Assembly: GCF_006345805.1 (NCBI RefSeq)
Contig: NC_043000.1
Location: forward strand, 89,094,001 to 89,158,000
Direction of reading: 5' to 3'
From: Octopus sinensis
Taxonomy: Eukaryota
Length of the DNA: 64,000 nt
Within the stretch, counting starts at the first letter, position 1. Each line of letters begins with the position of its first letter. The position numbers and the translations under genes are program-made. This document shows positions 49,061 to 62,224 of the stretch, piece by piece. The notes below the pieces were generated by a model. The model did no database searches. It was not told where the DNA came from and saw only the letters and a program-made list of their open reading frames with translations.

Positions 49061-50017
49061 GGGCAAGCTGGCAGAAGCGTTAGCACACCAGGTGAAATGC
49101 TTAGCGGTATTTCGTCTGCCGTTACATTCTGAGTTCAAATTCCACCGAGGTCGACTTTGCCTTTCATTCTTTTGGGGTCGATAAATTAAGTACCAGTTAT
49201 GCACTGGGGTCGATGTAATTGACTTAATCCATTTGTCTGTCCTTGTTTGTCCCTCTGTGTTTAGCCCCTTGTGGGTAGTAAAGAAATAGGTATTTCGTCT
49301 GCCGTTATGTTCTCTATGTTTAGCCCCTTGTTAGCTGGGTAATTACTGTATATGTTCATCTGTCAGAGCAGTGAGTACCATCTACAAGTACTCAGCCTTC
49401 GGGATGACTGATGACTTTCACTGTGATTTTGTTTGAAGTGAAGAAGAGTTGTACACCATCATCTCCACTCTTAACCAATCTTCAATGTTGTAGTAAGACC
49501 CGATCAAGACAACTAGGAATGGAGAAAGATGCAGTGGATGTCCAAGATGTTTTATCACCTCTTTTACCGGTGTCTTTCAGTTTCTGTCTCCTAAATCCAC
49601 TTACAAGTCTTTGGTTGACTTGGGGGAATCATAGAAGACATTTTCCTAAGGTTCCACACAGTGGGACTGAACCCATAATCATGTGATTTGGAAGCAACCA
49701 CACCTGCACCTAGTAAGTTGATTTAATGAAATATCTGATTCGACATTTCTTGATACATTTATGTTGGCTGTGGGGTTAAGAAGCTTGTTATGCAACTCTG
49801 TAAATTTCAGGTTCAACCCATCTGCAAGACATTTATGTATGTGTTTTCTACCATGTGATGATGAATGTGGTGGTGGTAGTGGTGGTGGTGTTGGTAGTTG
49901 TGGGAGTAGAGGTGGTGGCAGTGGTTGGTAGTGGTGGTAGTATCGGTAGCAGCGGTGGGGAGGAGGAGAAGGAGGAGATGAATAATCACAAATGAAATTA
50001 CTGTTGTTCTCTTACAG

Positions 50018-50121
50018 GATGATGAAGGCAACTATGGTATATTTTTAAGTGCCATTCGAGAATATTTAAAAAAGGAGAGAATGCAATTTGTGGAGAAAGT
50101 GAAAACTGAAATGGGAGAGAA
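50018..50121 (+). CDS. TSNAXIP1: TSNAXIP1-like internal exon: DDEGNYGIFLSAIREYLKKERMQFVEKVKTEMGE(+2 nt)
   Basis: ctcttacAG acceptor, GTGAGT donor at 50122, phase 0/2. Joined to the previous exon gives LFTE-DDEG, matching the conserved LF.EDEEG motif. Confidence 0.8.
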
Positions 50122-53100
50122 GTGAGTAAACCATAAAACAAACATTTTATTTCAAGCTAATCAAATGCCACTTGCATCGTTAACATCTAAAATAATTGCC
50201 TAATGTTTTTATGTAAATGTCAGTCTTCTTTTTCTTTTTTACTTATCTCCAGACATGAAATATCTGGAACTATATTGTCTGAGATGTCCCTCTTATTTTA
50301 AGAGAGTTAAGGTGTGATTTGATGGATATTTGGCTGTTGTCTTTAGCAAGTCGAGGGATAATGTAAAAATTCCCTTGATAACTCTTGTTCACTATTCCAT
50401 GAATCCACTTTTCTTCAGGATTGGTATAATTTGAACTATGTTATCTAGTGCGTTACTTTTATTTTAAGACTGAGGAGACCCCCTCCGGTCATGAATGACC
50501 ATCAGATTGCACCAAGAAAGTTACCCTCCGAGGCACAAGTCTGGGCAAGGTTGTTTATGGAAGGCCAGCAGTCGCCCATGCATACCAGCCTCCCCATCTT
50601 GATGATCAAAGAAAAAACTCATTATGCAGCTCATACTGTAGAATCCAGGATAAAATATCTGGTGATCTTCTCTGGAATCCCACACATGAATATACACGTG
50701 TCAGTAGACCAAGAAGAGGGTCTTGGTCTACTGGCCGGAACATTAGCACCCCGAGCTGGCAAGCTGGCAGAAACGTTAGCATGCCAGGCGAAATGCTTAG
50801 TGGTATTCCGTCTGCTGTTACGTTCTGAGTTCAAATTCCGCCAAGGTCGACTTTGCCTTTCATCCTTTCATGGTCAATAAATTAAGTACCAGTTACGCAC
50901 TGGGGTCGATGTAATTGACTTAATCTTTTTGTCTGTCTTTGTTTGTTCCTTCCATGTTTATCCCCTTATGGGCAATAAAGAAATAAGAAGAGGGTATACC
51001 AATCAACTTGTGGAAGATACAGGATACCAAGTTGAGGATATAAAGATTGCTAAGAAATGTCATGACATCTTGTGTGGAAGAGTTGTATTGGTTTGATCAA
51101 GTCGCCCGACTGAATAGATGAAATAAAGAATTCAGCATTCTTATATTTAATTATGCTTTTGCTGATAATGCCAGTCAATTTATTAATGGTATTAATCTGT
51201 TGCTATGGATGGTTGGATGTACAGTGGTTTTGCCCTCTAAATACTTTTGTGAACTGATGCTTTCTTCATTACTCTCTGCTCCTAAAACTGTTACAAATTT
51301 GGTTTTGCATCACTCTGGGGACATCAGCAGTATCTGCACGTAACCATCTGTTATTTCTACCATTACACTTTTAGCCCTAGTAGAAGTTTTTATCATGCAT
51401 TCATACGTACACACACACACACACACAAACACACAGATGCATGCATGCAATCATACATACATACATTCATACACAAACACACATGCACACATGTATACAT
51501 ACATATATACATATGTACATACACACATACACACATGCATGCATTCATACATACATAAACACACATGCACATATGTATACATACATATATGTATATGTAC
51601 ATACGCACACACACACACACACATCATGACGAGGACTATAATATTTCAAGTATTTTTCTTATGAAAGCAATCTGCAATATGGATTTGATTACCAATTATA
51701 ACTATTTAGTTTTATTTACACTACTAAAAGCCTTAAGAAAGATATTCACATCATAAATCCATCTTCAGTTCCTCTGCACACAGAAGAGCTGATGTACTTA
51801 CTGTTCAATACCTTTATTTATAAAGTAAAAAGTAATACACCTACACAGAGTTTATTACACACTTGTGTATATTTAGTAACTTCATCACAAGCCCAGGTGC
51901 AAATTTGATATCTTAAGATAGTTAGATAGAAGAAAGCCCTTAAGATATTTTAAGTTTATGTATGAAATCATTGTATGCTAGACCATTGTGTAAATACCAC
52001 TAAGGTAATTCGAAACTCACTCTTACATAATATTGTGCCCCACTGAATGTGTGTGCATCTGTTTATTTACTAAGACAAGGATGCGTTTGTAATCTTCTAC
52101 AATGACCATTTAATGTTAAACATGTCTGAAGTTATGAATGTAATGTATATATCATCATCATCATCGTTTAATGTCCGTTTTCCATGCTAGCATGGGTTGG
52201 ACGGTTCAACCGGGGATCTGGGAAGCCAGAAGGCTGCATCAGGCTCCAGTCTGATCTGGCAGTGTTTCTACAGCAATATGCCTTTCCTAACACCAACCAC
52301 TCCATGAGTGTAGTGGGTGCTTTTTATGTGCCACCGGCACAGGTGAGGCTGGCAACGGCCACGATCGGAAGCCAGTCAGGGCGGTGCTGGCGTCGACCAC
52401 GTTCAGATGGTGCTTTTTACGTGCCACCAGCACGGAAGCCAGTCAAGGCGGTGCTGGCATATATAAATGGATTTAATTCTATTATACTAGCATACGCATT
52501 GCTTTGGTCTTTGTCACATGAGTCAGTTGTACAGTGATGATCGCAAATAGTAAACATAGGTGCAGGCATGGTTGTGTGGTAAGAAGCTTGCCAGGTTCAG
52601 TTCCACTGCGTGGCACCTTGGGAAAGTGTCTTCTACTATAGTTTTGGGCCGACCGGAGCCTAATGAGTGGATTTGGTAGATGGAAACTGAAAGAAGCCTA
52701 TTGTATATTTATATATATGTGTGTGTATGTGTGTGTGTGTGTCTGTGTTTGTTCGCCACCACCACTTGACAATCTGTGCTGGTGTGTTTATGTTCTCCTT
52801 ACCTTGCGGTTTGGCAAAATAGACCAATAGAACAAATACCAGGTTTTAAAAAAAAAAGTAGTGGGGCAGATTGATTTGACTAAAAATCCTTGAAGGCCCA
52901 ACATGGCCGTATTCTAATGACTGAAACAACTAAAAGATAAAAGATACTGAATCAATCACTTTTAAATGTACTAAAAGTTGTGTGTTAGTACTGAGTTTCC
53001 AAGTGAATATTTGTGGTCCCTAAGTTTTTGTACTAATTATTTTAGGATTTCACAATTTGGTTTCCAGTTTATTCAAAAATTAGAGACAGATGTTATGGCT

Positions 53101-54292
53101 CTTTGATATAATCCTTGACTGAATAGTTAAGATGTTTTCATATGGGTGGAACAGTTAATGTATAGATGAAATACATTTTGGTTGAATAGACAGAAAAATA
53201 ATCCAAGAAATGTGTGCTTTTGGATTCTAGAAAATGAATGAACGAAATGCTTATAATTAGATGGTGTGAGTGCTAGCGTACTTGATAAAAGGTAAAAAGT
53301 ATGGTGGATTTTATACAAAGGCAAATAGCTTATAACAAAAGGAGAAGAGGCAATGTTTACTGACAATAAAATGGAAAGATATTACAGAGATTCAATAACA
53401 AACTAGAGATTAGAGATTATATGCTGGTGTTTCATTTATATCATATGGTTAATGTTTCTTGATTTTAATGACATATTATTATAATTGATAAGAGATTACA
53501 GAAAATCTGGAAGACTTAGATGTAAGGTGTTCATAAGGAGGAATAATATAATTCTATTTTCCAGAAATGAATAATATATAGCTTCTGGTGCTGTTAAGTG
53601 CCTTTAGATTCTAAATGTGACACCTGATTCTAAGTAAGATATGTTAGAAATATTTGTTTGTAGTGAGACAAAAATGCTCATCTTTCATCTTATTAAACGA
53701 AATGGTGTTTACATTATAATTTTGTTATATTTGCAGCCAGTGTTAGTTGACAGTGTATAATTAGTTGTGTATACAGCTCCTGGTACAATGCTCCACTGAG
53801 AACAGTTTTAAGGGAATTATATACACACACACTGTCTCTGTCTCTCCCCCTTTGTAATGATGTTACTTTTCCCAACCACATGGTTCTGAGTCAAGTCCCA
53901 CTGTGTGGTACCTTGGACCATTGTTTCTATTATAGCTTCATGTTGACCAAAGCATTATGAGTAGATTTGATACATGAAAACTGAAAGAAATACTTTGTTG
54001 TGTGTGTATGTGTTGTGTGCCTCCTTATTTCGACATTGTGTAATAGCTATAAATAAATGTCACTGTCATTTAATTTCTGTGAAAATATGTGGTCATATGA
54101 TGGAAATTATCTTGCTTGGAAACAGATGAGGATTGGCAACAGGTAGGACATCAACCATCAAAAATCTGCTTCAGTGAATTCTCTTTGACTCATACAAGCC
54201 TGGAAAAGTGGTCATTAAAACAATGGTGATGATGTTATTGTGTAGTGTAATATAGACACTTGGCTTCATGCTCTTGCTTGATGTGGTTGGGT

Positions 54293-54560
54293 TCATCCCA
54301 GGTTAGTGGTCCCAGAGATGTCATCATGCGTAGAACCAACCAGGTCCAGCAGTGCTCTCCATCGCTGGTGATCCCGCACCAGCTTTTCTGCATCTTTCAA
54401 GGTGATGTCAACCCTCTGGAGATCTTCCTCAATCATGTCCAGCCATCTGGTGCAGGGCCTGCAACAAGGCCTCTTCCAACCCACAGCTGCTGCATTGAAT
54501 TGGAGTAAAGCCCTGGTAGGATGATCTAGTGGGAGATGGAGGACATATAATGAATAACTA
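54293..54560 (-). mobile_element. RTE-like LINE ORF2 C-terminal fragment
   Basis: HPTRALLQF...GWKRP..RP.TRWLDMIEEDL...RWRALL. Confidence 0.7.
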
Positions 54561-55507
54561 ACCTTTATTACTTTGCATCTAGAAGTGTAAGAGATTGCAT
54601 ATTGTTGTGACCCCCTTTGGTCATGAATGACCATGGGATTGCACCTAGAAAGTTACCCTCCAAGGCACAAGTCTGGGCAAGGTTGTTTATAGAAGACCAG
54701 TCGCCCATGCATACTGGCCTCCCGTCTCCACGCCACTGATGTTATCCTAGGGAAAGGCCTATACAGCTTGGCACCAGTGACGTCGCAGCTCATTTATTAA
54801 CGTGCAAGTGGCTGTGCACTCCACAGACTCATGTACCATTAACGTACTACTTGGGGGAGATTCAGCATGACACAGAGTGTGACAAGTCTGGCCCTTTGAA
54901 ATACAGGTACAACAGAAACAAGAAGAAAAAGTGCAAGAAAGTTGTGGTGAAAGAGTACAGCAGGGTTCACCACCACACCCTGTCAGAGCCTCATGGAGCT
55001 TTAAGTGTTTATACTCAATAAACACTCACAATGCCTGGTCTAGGAATCGAAACCGCGATCCTACGACCATGAGTCTGCTGCCCTAACCACTGGGCCATTG
55101 CACCTCCACAAGAGAATACATATAATACATAACTAATTATAAAAGAGTACATGTCTAATTGATACTAAGTTTATTTTTGTTTTTATTTTATGGTTTAATC
55201 AGAGTATAAAGGGCAGTGTCCATAACCTTTGTATAATACTTCTGAGACTAGTTGAGGAAACGGTGAGAGGGCATTTGTGGATTGAAATCAAAGACCGAGC
55301 TGAAAACAAGAGCCTGGCTGATTGTTTGCATGTAGCATAACACAGAAGGAAGTGGAGGGTCTTGGCAAGTGTATCCCTGAACACAGGGAGGGCACCTAAC
55401 TGATGGCTGTGTGTGATACCTTATTTGTTTACACTTATGTTCTACAAATCTTGCAAATATTTGTGTTGTTGTCATTTCTCTTGTCAACATCTTGTCTGCT
55501 CATTCAG

Positions 55508-55550
55508 TGCCTTCATAGACATGTCAAATGAACAATCCCTTCGAAAACAG
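55508..55550 (+). CDS. Candidate small exon ((N)AFIDMSNEQSLRKQ), possibly of the same gene
   Basis: Pyrimidine tract plus CAG, strong AG/GTAAGA donor, phase 2 start compatible with the 50018-50121 exon. No recognisable homology. Confidence 0.25.
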
Positions 55551-55706
55551 GTAAGAATTAGCAAGAGGATGGACAGCTGTATAAAAGTGATTCAATAATA
55601 TATATATTCATCTAACCCATGCTAGCATGAAGAAACAGACATAAAAGCAACAAATTCAGTTTCCCAGTTTATATTTAGCACTTTAGTGTTCAGATTACTC
55701 TATTAA

Positions 55707-55758
<52 letters not shown>

Positions 55759-55812
55759 GTATATATTATACATATATATATATGTATATATATATATACA
55801 TATATATATATG

Positions 55813-55846
<34 letters not shown>

Positions 55847-55946
55847 NNNNNNNNNNNNNNNNNNNNNNNNNNNNNNNNNNNNNNNNNNNNNNNNNNNNNN
55901 NNNNNNNNNNNNNNNNNNNNNNNNNNNNNNNNNNNNNNNNNNNNNN
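55847..55946. other. Assembly gap (100 N) within a (TA)n tract
   Basis: Direct reading. Confidence 0.99.
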
Positions 55947-55954
55947 ATATATAC

Positions 55955-55985
<31 letters not shown>

Positions 55986-56010
55986 CATATACATACATAT
56001 ATACATATAC

Positions 56011-56045
<35 letters not shown>

Positions 56046-59000
56046 TGTATACATATATATATATTCAAATTGTTTTGAATTAATCATGCTTTATCTTGTA
56101 GCTCTGAGGTTTCTATGATGTGATTGTTTATTTTTAGAATGACAGTAGGTGTGAGAGGCTAGATATGGCCAGCTGGAATGTAACACATGTAGAATACTTG
56201 GGCCGAATACAGACAGTTTAAATGCTAAGGAGTTAATCTTCCAGGTAGTTGGAGTATGTTTATTCACACATAAACTAAACTCTCACAGTTTCTGATTTGT
56301 GAGTTTATCTCTGGTTAAATTGAGCAAAGGATTAACCATATAAATATGTAGATGAATTTAGTCTCCCTCTAATGATTTTACCGAAAAATAGCTCAAATTG
56401 AATGTGGTTTGCCTGCTTTGGTTTTATGCATGATTCCTAGACTATAAACCACTGTAGGATTGAAATCTTTCCCTAGATGTTGTCTTTTAAAGTTGGGTAA
56501 ATTTATCAAGAATAATATACCAATAATTACATCTTATTCTGCCATGCTTTTTGCCTGTATATTGGCCTATCTAAAAATAAGGATAATAATAATAATAATT
56601 CTGAAGAATATCAAGCTGTGTAATCAATAAATATTGTTAAGGCAACATACTTGGTAAATGTAGACTATTATTGTTCCCATATAGCAAATCGATTGATCAT
56701 ATTTTTCAGTTTCAATAAAAAGTTGGGGGGAAAAAAAAACAACAGGAAATGAGGGAAGTATTTTGTAGTAGTTTTTACAATTTTTTACTAGAATATATGC
56801 ATGTGTTGGACCATTTATTTATAAAATAACACTAAGGCTTGTACATTCCAGAATATTGTATGTGAAAATATCAATACATGCATAACTACATCTGTTATCT
56901 GTCTGCTTATATATATCTCTCTGTTTCTGTATATAGTAGTACATATTTTTAACTGCCTGTATGTTTGTACATTTGGATTTTTCTGAGTAGGCTACTGCAT
57001 ATGTATCTATACACCCGCGTGTATGTGTGTTGTGTGTATACATTTTTGTCTGTGCACATCTATCAACTTTTAGAAAGTAATGTGTATCATGGTTGCATAT
57101 GATGTACATGTTCGAAAATGTCTTAAAAGCTTCATACAGAGTCATGAATAGTTCTTATTCACTGTCTTGCTTTGATGTATGCTTGTAATGGCTTGGAGAC
57201 AATGAAGAGTGATAACATAAAACAGAACGTTAAAAGAGAACTTAAACAAAGGACATAGCAGATAGAGTTGTTGGTGTGATGAAGTATAATAAAAAAGGAG
57301 TGACAATATTGGTTCTGATCATGATTGGAAATAAACAGTGATGATTGGAAATTATTAATCCTCTGCATTCATTTTTTTTAGTAGTAATAGTAGTAGTAGT
57401 AGTAGTAGTGGATGCAATTTTTTTGTGGAAAGCAATGCAGAAAAATTGCACATTTTTTTTTTATTTTTTGCACATGAACAACTGTGAAAACTAATGTGAT
57501 TATATGGTTGTACCTTTAACAATTACTACATAGCTAGAGAAATACTGACCATGAGGGGAACAAAATGAAGGTTTGAGGTAAAGAAACCCATAATATCGGC
57601 AACGGTGGAGGTTGTTGTTGGGGGTTATCGGAAAGAAGTGTATCACAGCTAACAAGTAATATCAAGTGTTCTATAATCACATTCTGGCAGTTATGAATGA
57701 AGGTAAGAGATCAAAGCGTAGTTAACACAAGGAACATAAGAAAGGCATTAGAAATAATCTAATGTTCCAGTTTGTAAAGTAGGTCAGATTAACATTCATG
57801 AAGATATTGAGGTTACTGCTGAAGGTGAAAATATTTGGGACTTATCGAGATAATAAACAGTTCTTTGCTCTCAGAGAGAGCCTGTGAAGGACTTGAGCAT
57901 AGCCCCTTCCTTCAGATCAATCAAATAAGTAAGAGAAAAATATTAGATTGGCAAAATGTACAAAATTCTTACAAGCCTGGATTTGTAATCAAATATTGAT
58001 GAAACAGAATTTGTTTACTTCTGTAATGCCCTTCATTGTGTTTCGGTGTACCTTTGCACATGTTCAGTTTGTTTTATTTATTTTATATCAATTTATTTAT
58101 GATAGGAAGAGTTAGATGGATATATTATTAAGGCATTGTTTTATAGCTAGATGGCTTTCTTGTTACTAACCCTTACCAGTTTTTTGAGTAAGGAATCTAC
58201 ATCACTTCTTTGAAGTTGTGAAGCCGACAATAAATTTGTTGACAGAAGTGACAACAACATCACTTATAACCAGTGAATTTCACGGAGCCAAATATAAATA
58301 CACAGACATGTACATGTACACACACACTTACATATGTGCATGCATATATATATATACACACACACTTACACATGTGCATGCATATATATACACACATGCA
58401 CACAGATGCATGTGCTTTGTAACTATGGATTTGCACAAAAAATTAAAAACTAAAACAGGATTTTCCTAAAAAAGAAGAAAAGAAACTGACACACACCCTC
58501 CAAATCTGATCCACGAGTCAGTGGCACATTGGAAATTTGTGAGACATTTAAAGATTCTGCATCTGAGAATTTTTAAGTGAGTTTGTTGATATACACTTGG
58601 TTGTGTATATCTACAAGAAGACACTAGTTGTGTGTATCTACAAAAAGACGTATGTAGAAAGTACTGATGCAGACTTTAATCTTGGATTACAGTAATTTAA
58701 CCCAGGGATGTTTCCAAGGGAACTAATTAAAGATTGGTACACTTTTATGATGTATATCATCTCTAGCTGTGAACCTTTTAACTTAAATATTTCCAGATAA
58801 TGAATTCATTCTGATACAAAATTAAACTTTGGGGGCATGCAGAAAGAACCCTGCTCAGGAAATCCTATATTTTAAAAAATTATTTCCTGATGATATTAGC
58901 ATATCCTGTTGTATGTCATGGCTTGTAAAATATTAACTTTTTTTTACTGATTACATGCCAGGGAAGAAGAGATTAGATGAAACATACTTTACAAAAAATG

Positions 59001-59272
59001 CTTATTTTCAAAATTTGGTTATAATGATAAATCTACTACATCATACATTGTATAGATATACACCTGTACACCCTCAGACAAATCTATGATAAACTCAGCA
59101 AAGACTGTCAGGTGAAGCTGAGAATGATTCCTGAAAAAAAGTCTAAATGTTCCAATTTACGACACTGTGTGTAAGTTAGAACATGCTATGGGGCAGTTAT
59201 GAATATACCACTAATTATAGAATAATTTGAGAATTAAGTTAACATCATTTCATTGCTGAATTTCATTGATGA

Positions 59273-59485
59273 ACGAGAGGGTACTGAAAAATTCCTGGCT
59301 TTAAGGGTATCATGAAAGTATTGGCTGGAGCCCCAAAATTCTGAGTTCTTTTACAAAGCTTAGAAAACTGAAGGACTGCTACAATAAGTGTGTTAATCAG
59401 AGAGGGGAATATGTTGAATAAAATCATTATTAGCTGATCCTTCTCAATTTTCTTTTACCCAAAGCCAGGAACTTTGCAGCGCAAC
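59273..59485 (+). mobile_element. Mariner-derived MITE
   Basis: Inverted ends ...GAAAAATTCCTGGCTTT / AAAGCCAGGAACTTT; internal remnant KLKDCYNKCVNQRGEYVE* typical of a mariner C-terminus. Confidence 0.65.
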
Positions 59486-62224
59486 ATGGTGATCTCATAT
59501 TTCAGTACCCACTCATATTTTATCAAATGATTCCAACTAGATATGATTAACATTTTGGTTTATGGCAAATCAACAAGGTTATTGGCCCAGAACAAACATG
59601 GCTCTGTATTTGCTTTAGCTTGTCAAGCAATAACTCAACAAGAATCATATTTCTGCTGGCACCTTGATCTCCCACTGTTGTACGAGAAAAAGGTATAATG
59701 TCTTCATGTCTATATGTGCCTATTTCAACAGCACCCAACCCTTAGAATTTAGGGTATGTAAACTCTTGGCTTGGAACATGTTTCAAGATTATATTTCTTA
59801 TTTCTTTATTGCCCACAAGGAGGTAGACATAGAGGGGACAAACAAGGACAGACAAACGGATTAAGTCAATTACATCGACCCCAGTACATAACTGGTACTT
59901 AATTTATCAACCCCGAAAGGATGAAAGGCAAAGTCGACCTTGGTGGAATTTGAACTCAGAATGTAGTGGCAGACGAAATATCACTAAGCATTTTGCCCAG
60001 CGTGCTAACGTTTCAGCCAGCTCGTCACCTTGATGTTTCTTAACTAATCATCATCATTCATTTCATCAACCAGTTTAACCCAACGGTGCATCTGTTTCTT
60101 TCCTCCTAGGGAGGATAAAATCTGAAAGCAGTAAGCTGCTGGTGTATACTAGTTTAGTAATATTAGCATATGAAAATGAGTGAATAAATGAATGTATGTA
60201 TGTATGCATGTACATATGTATAGATGGATGGATGGATGGATTCATGTTTTTATGTATGTACTTCTATATATATGTTTGTGTGTATGTATATACATATGTA
60301 TGTATATATGTGTGTATGTATATACAAATATATGTATATATGTGTGTATATGTACGTGTATATGTATGTTTGTGTGTATATGTGAATGTATACATGTGTG
60401 TATGTTTACTTGCATTCATGCATATTTGTATGCATATTGGCCATCACCATCATCACCATATTTATTTAACATTCATTTTCCATGCTTGCATGGCTCAGAC
60501 AGAATTTATTAAGGCAGATTTTCTATAGCTGGATGCTTTCACTGTCGTCATCTCTCACTTGTTTTCCAACAAGGTAATATTTCACCACAGTTGACGGGAA
60601 ATGAACAACATTACTTGTATGATAGTGATACTTGTCTACAAACATCAAATGATGTCACAACAAGGGTACACACAAACACAGACACAAACACACATACACA
60701 CACACGTGCACATCTGCCCACTTATACAGTGTGCTTCTTTCAGTTTTCCCTCTATAAAATTCACTCACAAGGCTTTGATTGTTCTGACCGTGAGATTGCA
60801 CCTAGAAAGTTACCCTCCCAGGCACAAGTCCGGGCAAGGTTGTTTATGGAAGACCAGCAGTCGCCCATGCATGCCAGCCTCCCCTTTCCACACCACTGAT
60901 GTTATCCAAGGGAAAGGCAAAGGCCAATACAGCTTGGCACCTATGACGTCGCAACTCATTTCTACAGCTGAGTGAACTGGAGCAACGTGAAATAAAGTGT
61001 TTTGCTCAAGAACACAACATACAGCCCAGTCCAGGATTCGAGCTCACAACCTCATGATGGTAAGCTCGATGCTCTAACCACTGAACCATGCGCTTTCACA
61101 TGATTGTTCTAGTGTTACAAAAAAAAACCCTTGCCCAAGGTACCACACGGTGAGACTGAACCCAGGACAAACATGATTGGAAAGCAAACTTCTAACCCAC
61201 ACTACCACACATCTGTACATATGTGTGTGTGTGTAATTTGTTGTATGTGTGCATGCATGCTTCAAGTAGCTGTAAGTCATTATTTTGCACTCAGGGACCT
61301 AACATTTTGTATAAGAGTACATAATTTCAAAGAGAAAATGAAGGGCCATGTAACAACTTTCTTTTATATTCTTTGTAAAGAATAATTTAAAATTAAGAGC
61401 ATGATATTCTCTGAAATGCTGTAATAGACATTAGACAAAAGCTATTAATTACAAAGTGATACATTCAAAGCAGTTATGTTAATTAGTGTTGTGTTTTGAG
61501 AAAAAGCATGTTTCTAAGAAATCAAACAAATGCAAGAGTAAAATTATATTTGAAGTTTTTATATTTGTTTGTTTATACTTTTTGAGCATTTTATGAAGCA
61601 CGACTTAAACAATTTTTTTGTTTGACTTTGATGATACATCCTTGAACCAAGTGAAGATAGTCTCAGCCACATTTTAAAACAATCTCTTTGAATTATAGTG
61701 GATTAATGTGGTTGTGTTTACTTTAGTTATTAATAAAGCCCAAGCAAGATTTGGTACTACTGCTAGCATACACACACACACACACATAAATGTGTATGTA
61801 TGTAGAGAGAGAGGATGGTGAGATAGATAGATTGATAAATAGATAGATAGATGAATAGATTGATAGATTGACTGATTGATTTAGATATACATATGTACAT
61901 ACTAACACATACTACACCACACACACATATATATATATATGTTTTGTTTTTGGATTATAAGGCACAAAAAGAAAATGACTCTCCCCAGACACAACAGTGT
62001 ATATATATATTATTTTATCTTATTTTATATTACAATATATATATATGTCAGCATACCTGTGTTGGCAAAACTGCCGGCAGTTTTATTAATGATAGAAAAT
62101 GGCACATGAACACAATGGGATAAACCATTAATAAATGTCAGCAATCTAATAAATATATTGTACATGCACAGAATTGAAGCACTTGAAGAATCAGATATGA
62201 TTGTAATGTTTCAGTTGAAAATGT

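Noticed and set aside
50253-50301. Strong acceptor 132 nt after the last exon, giving KHEISGTILSEMSLLF*
   Set aside because: Phase-compatible, but stops early and lacks convincing family similarity; kept only as an alternative.
59547-59738. Open frames on both strands with plausible composition
   Set aside because: No homology recognised and no consistent splice signals linking it to the gene.
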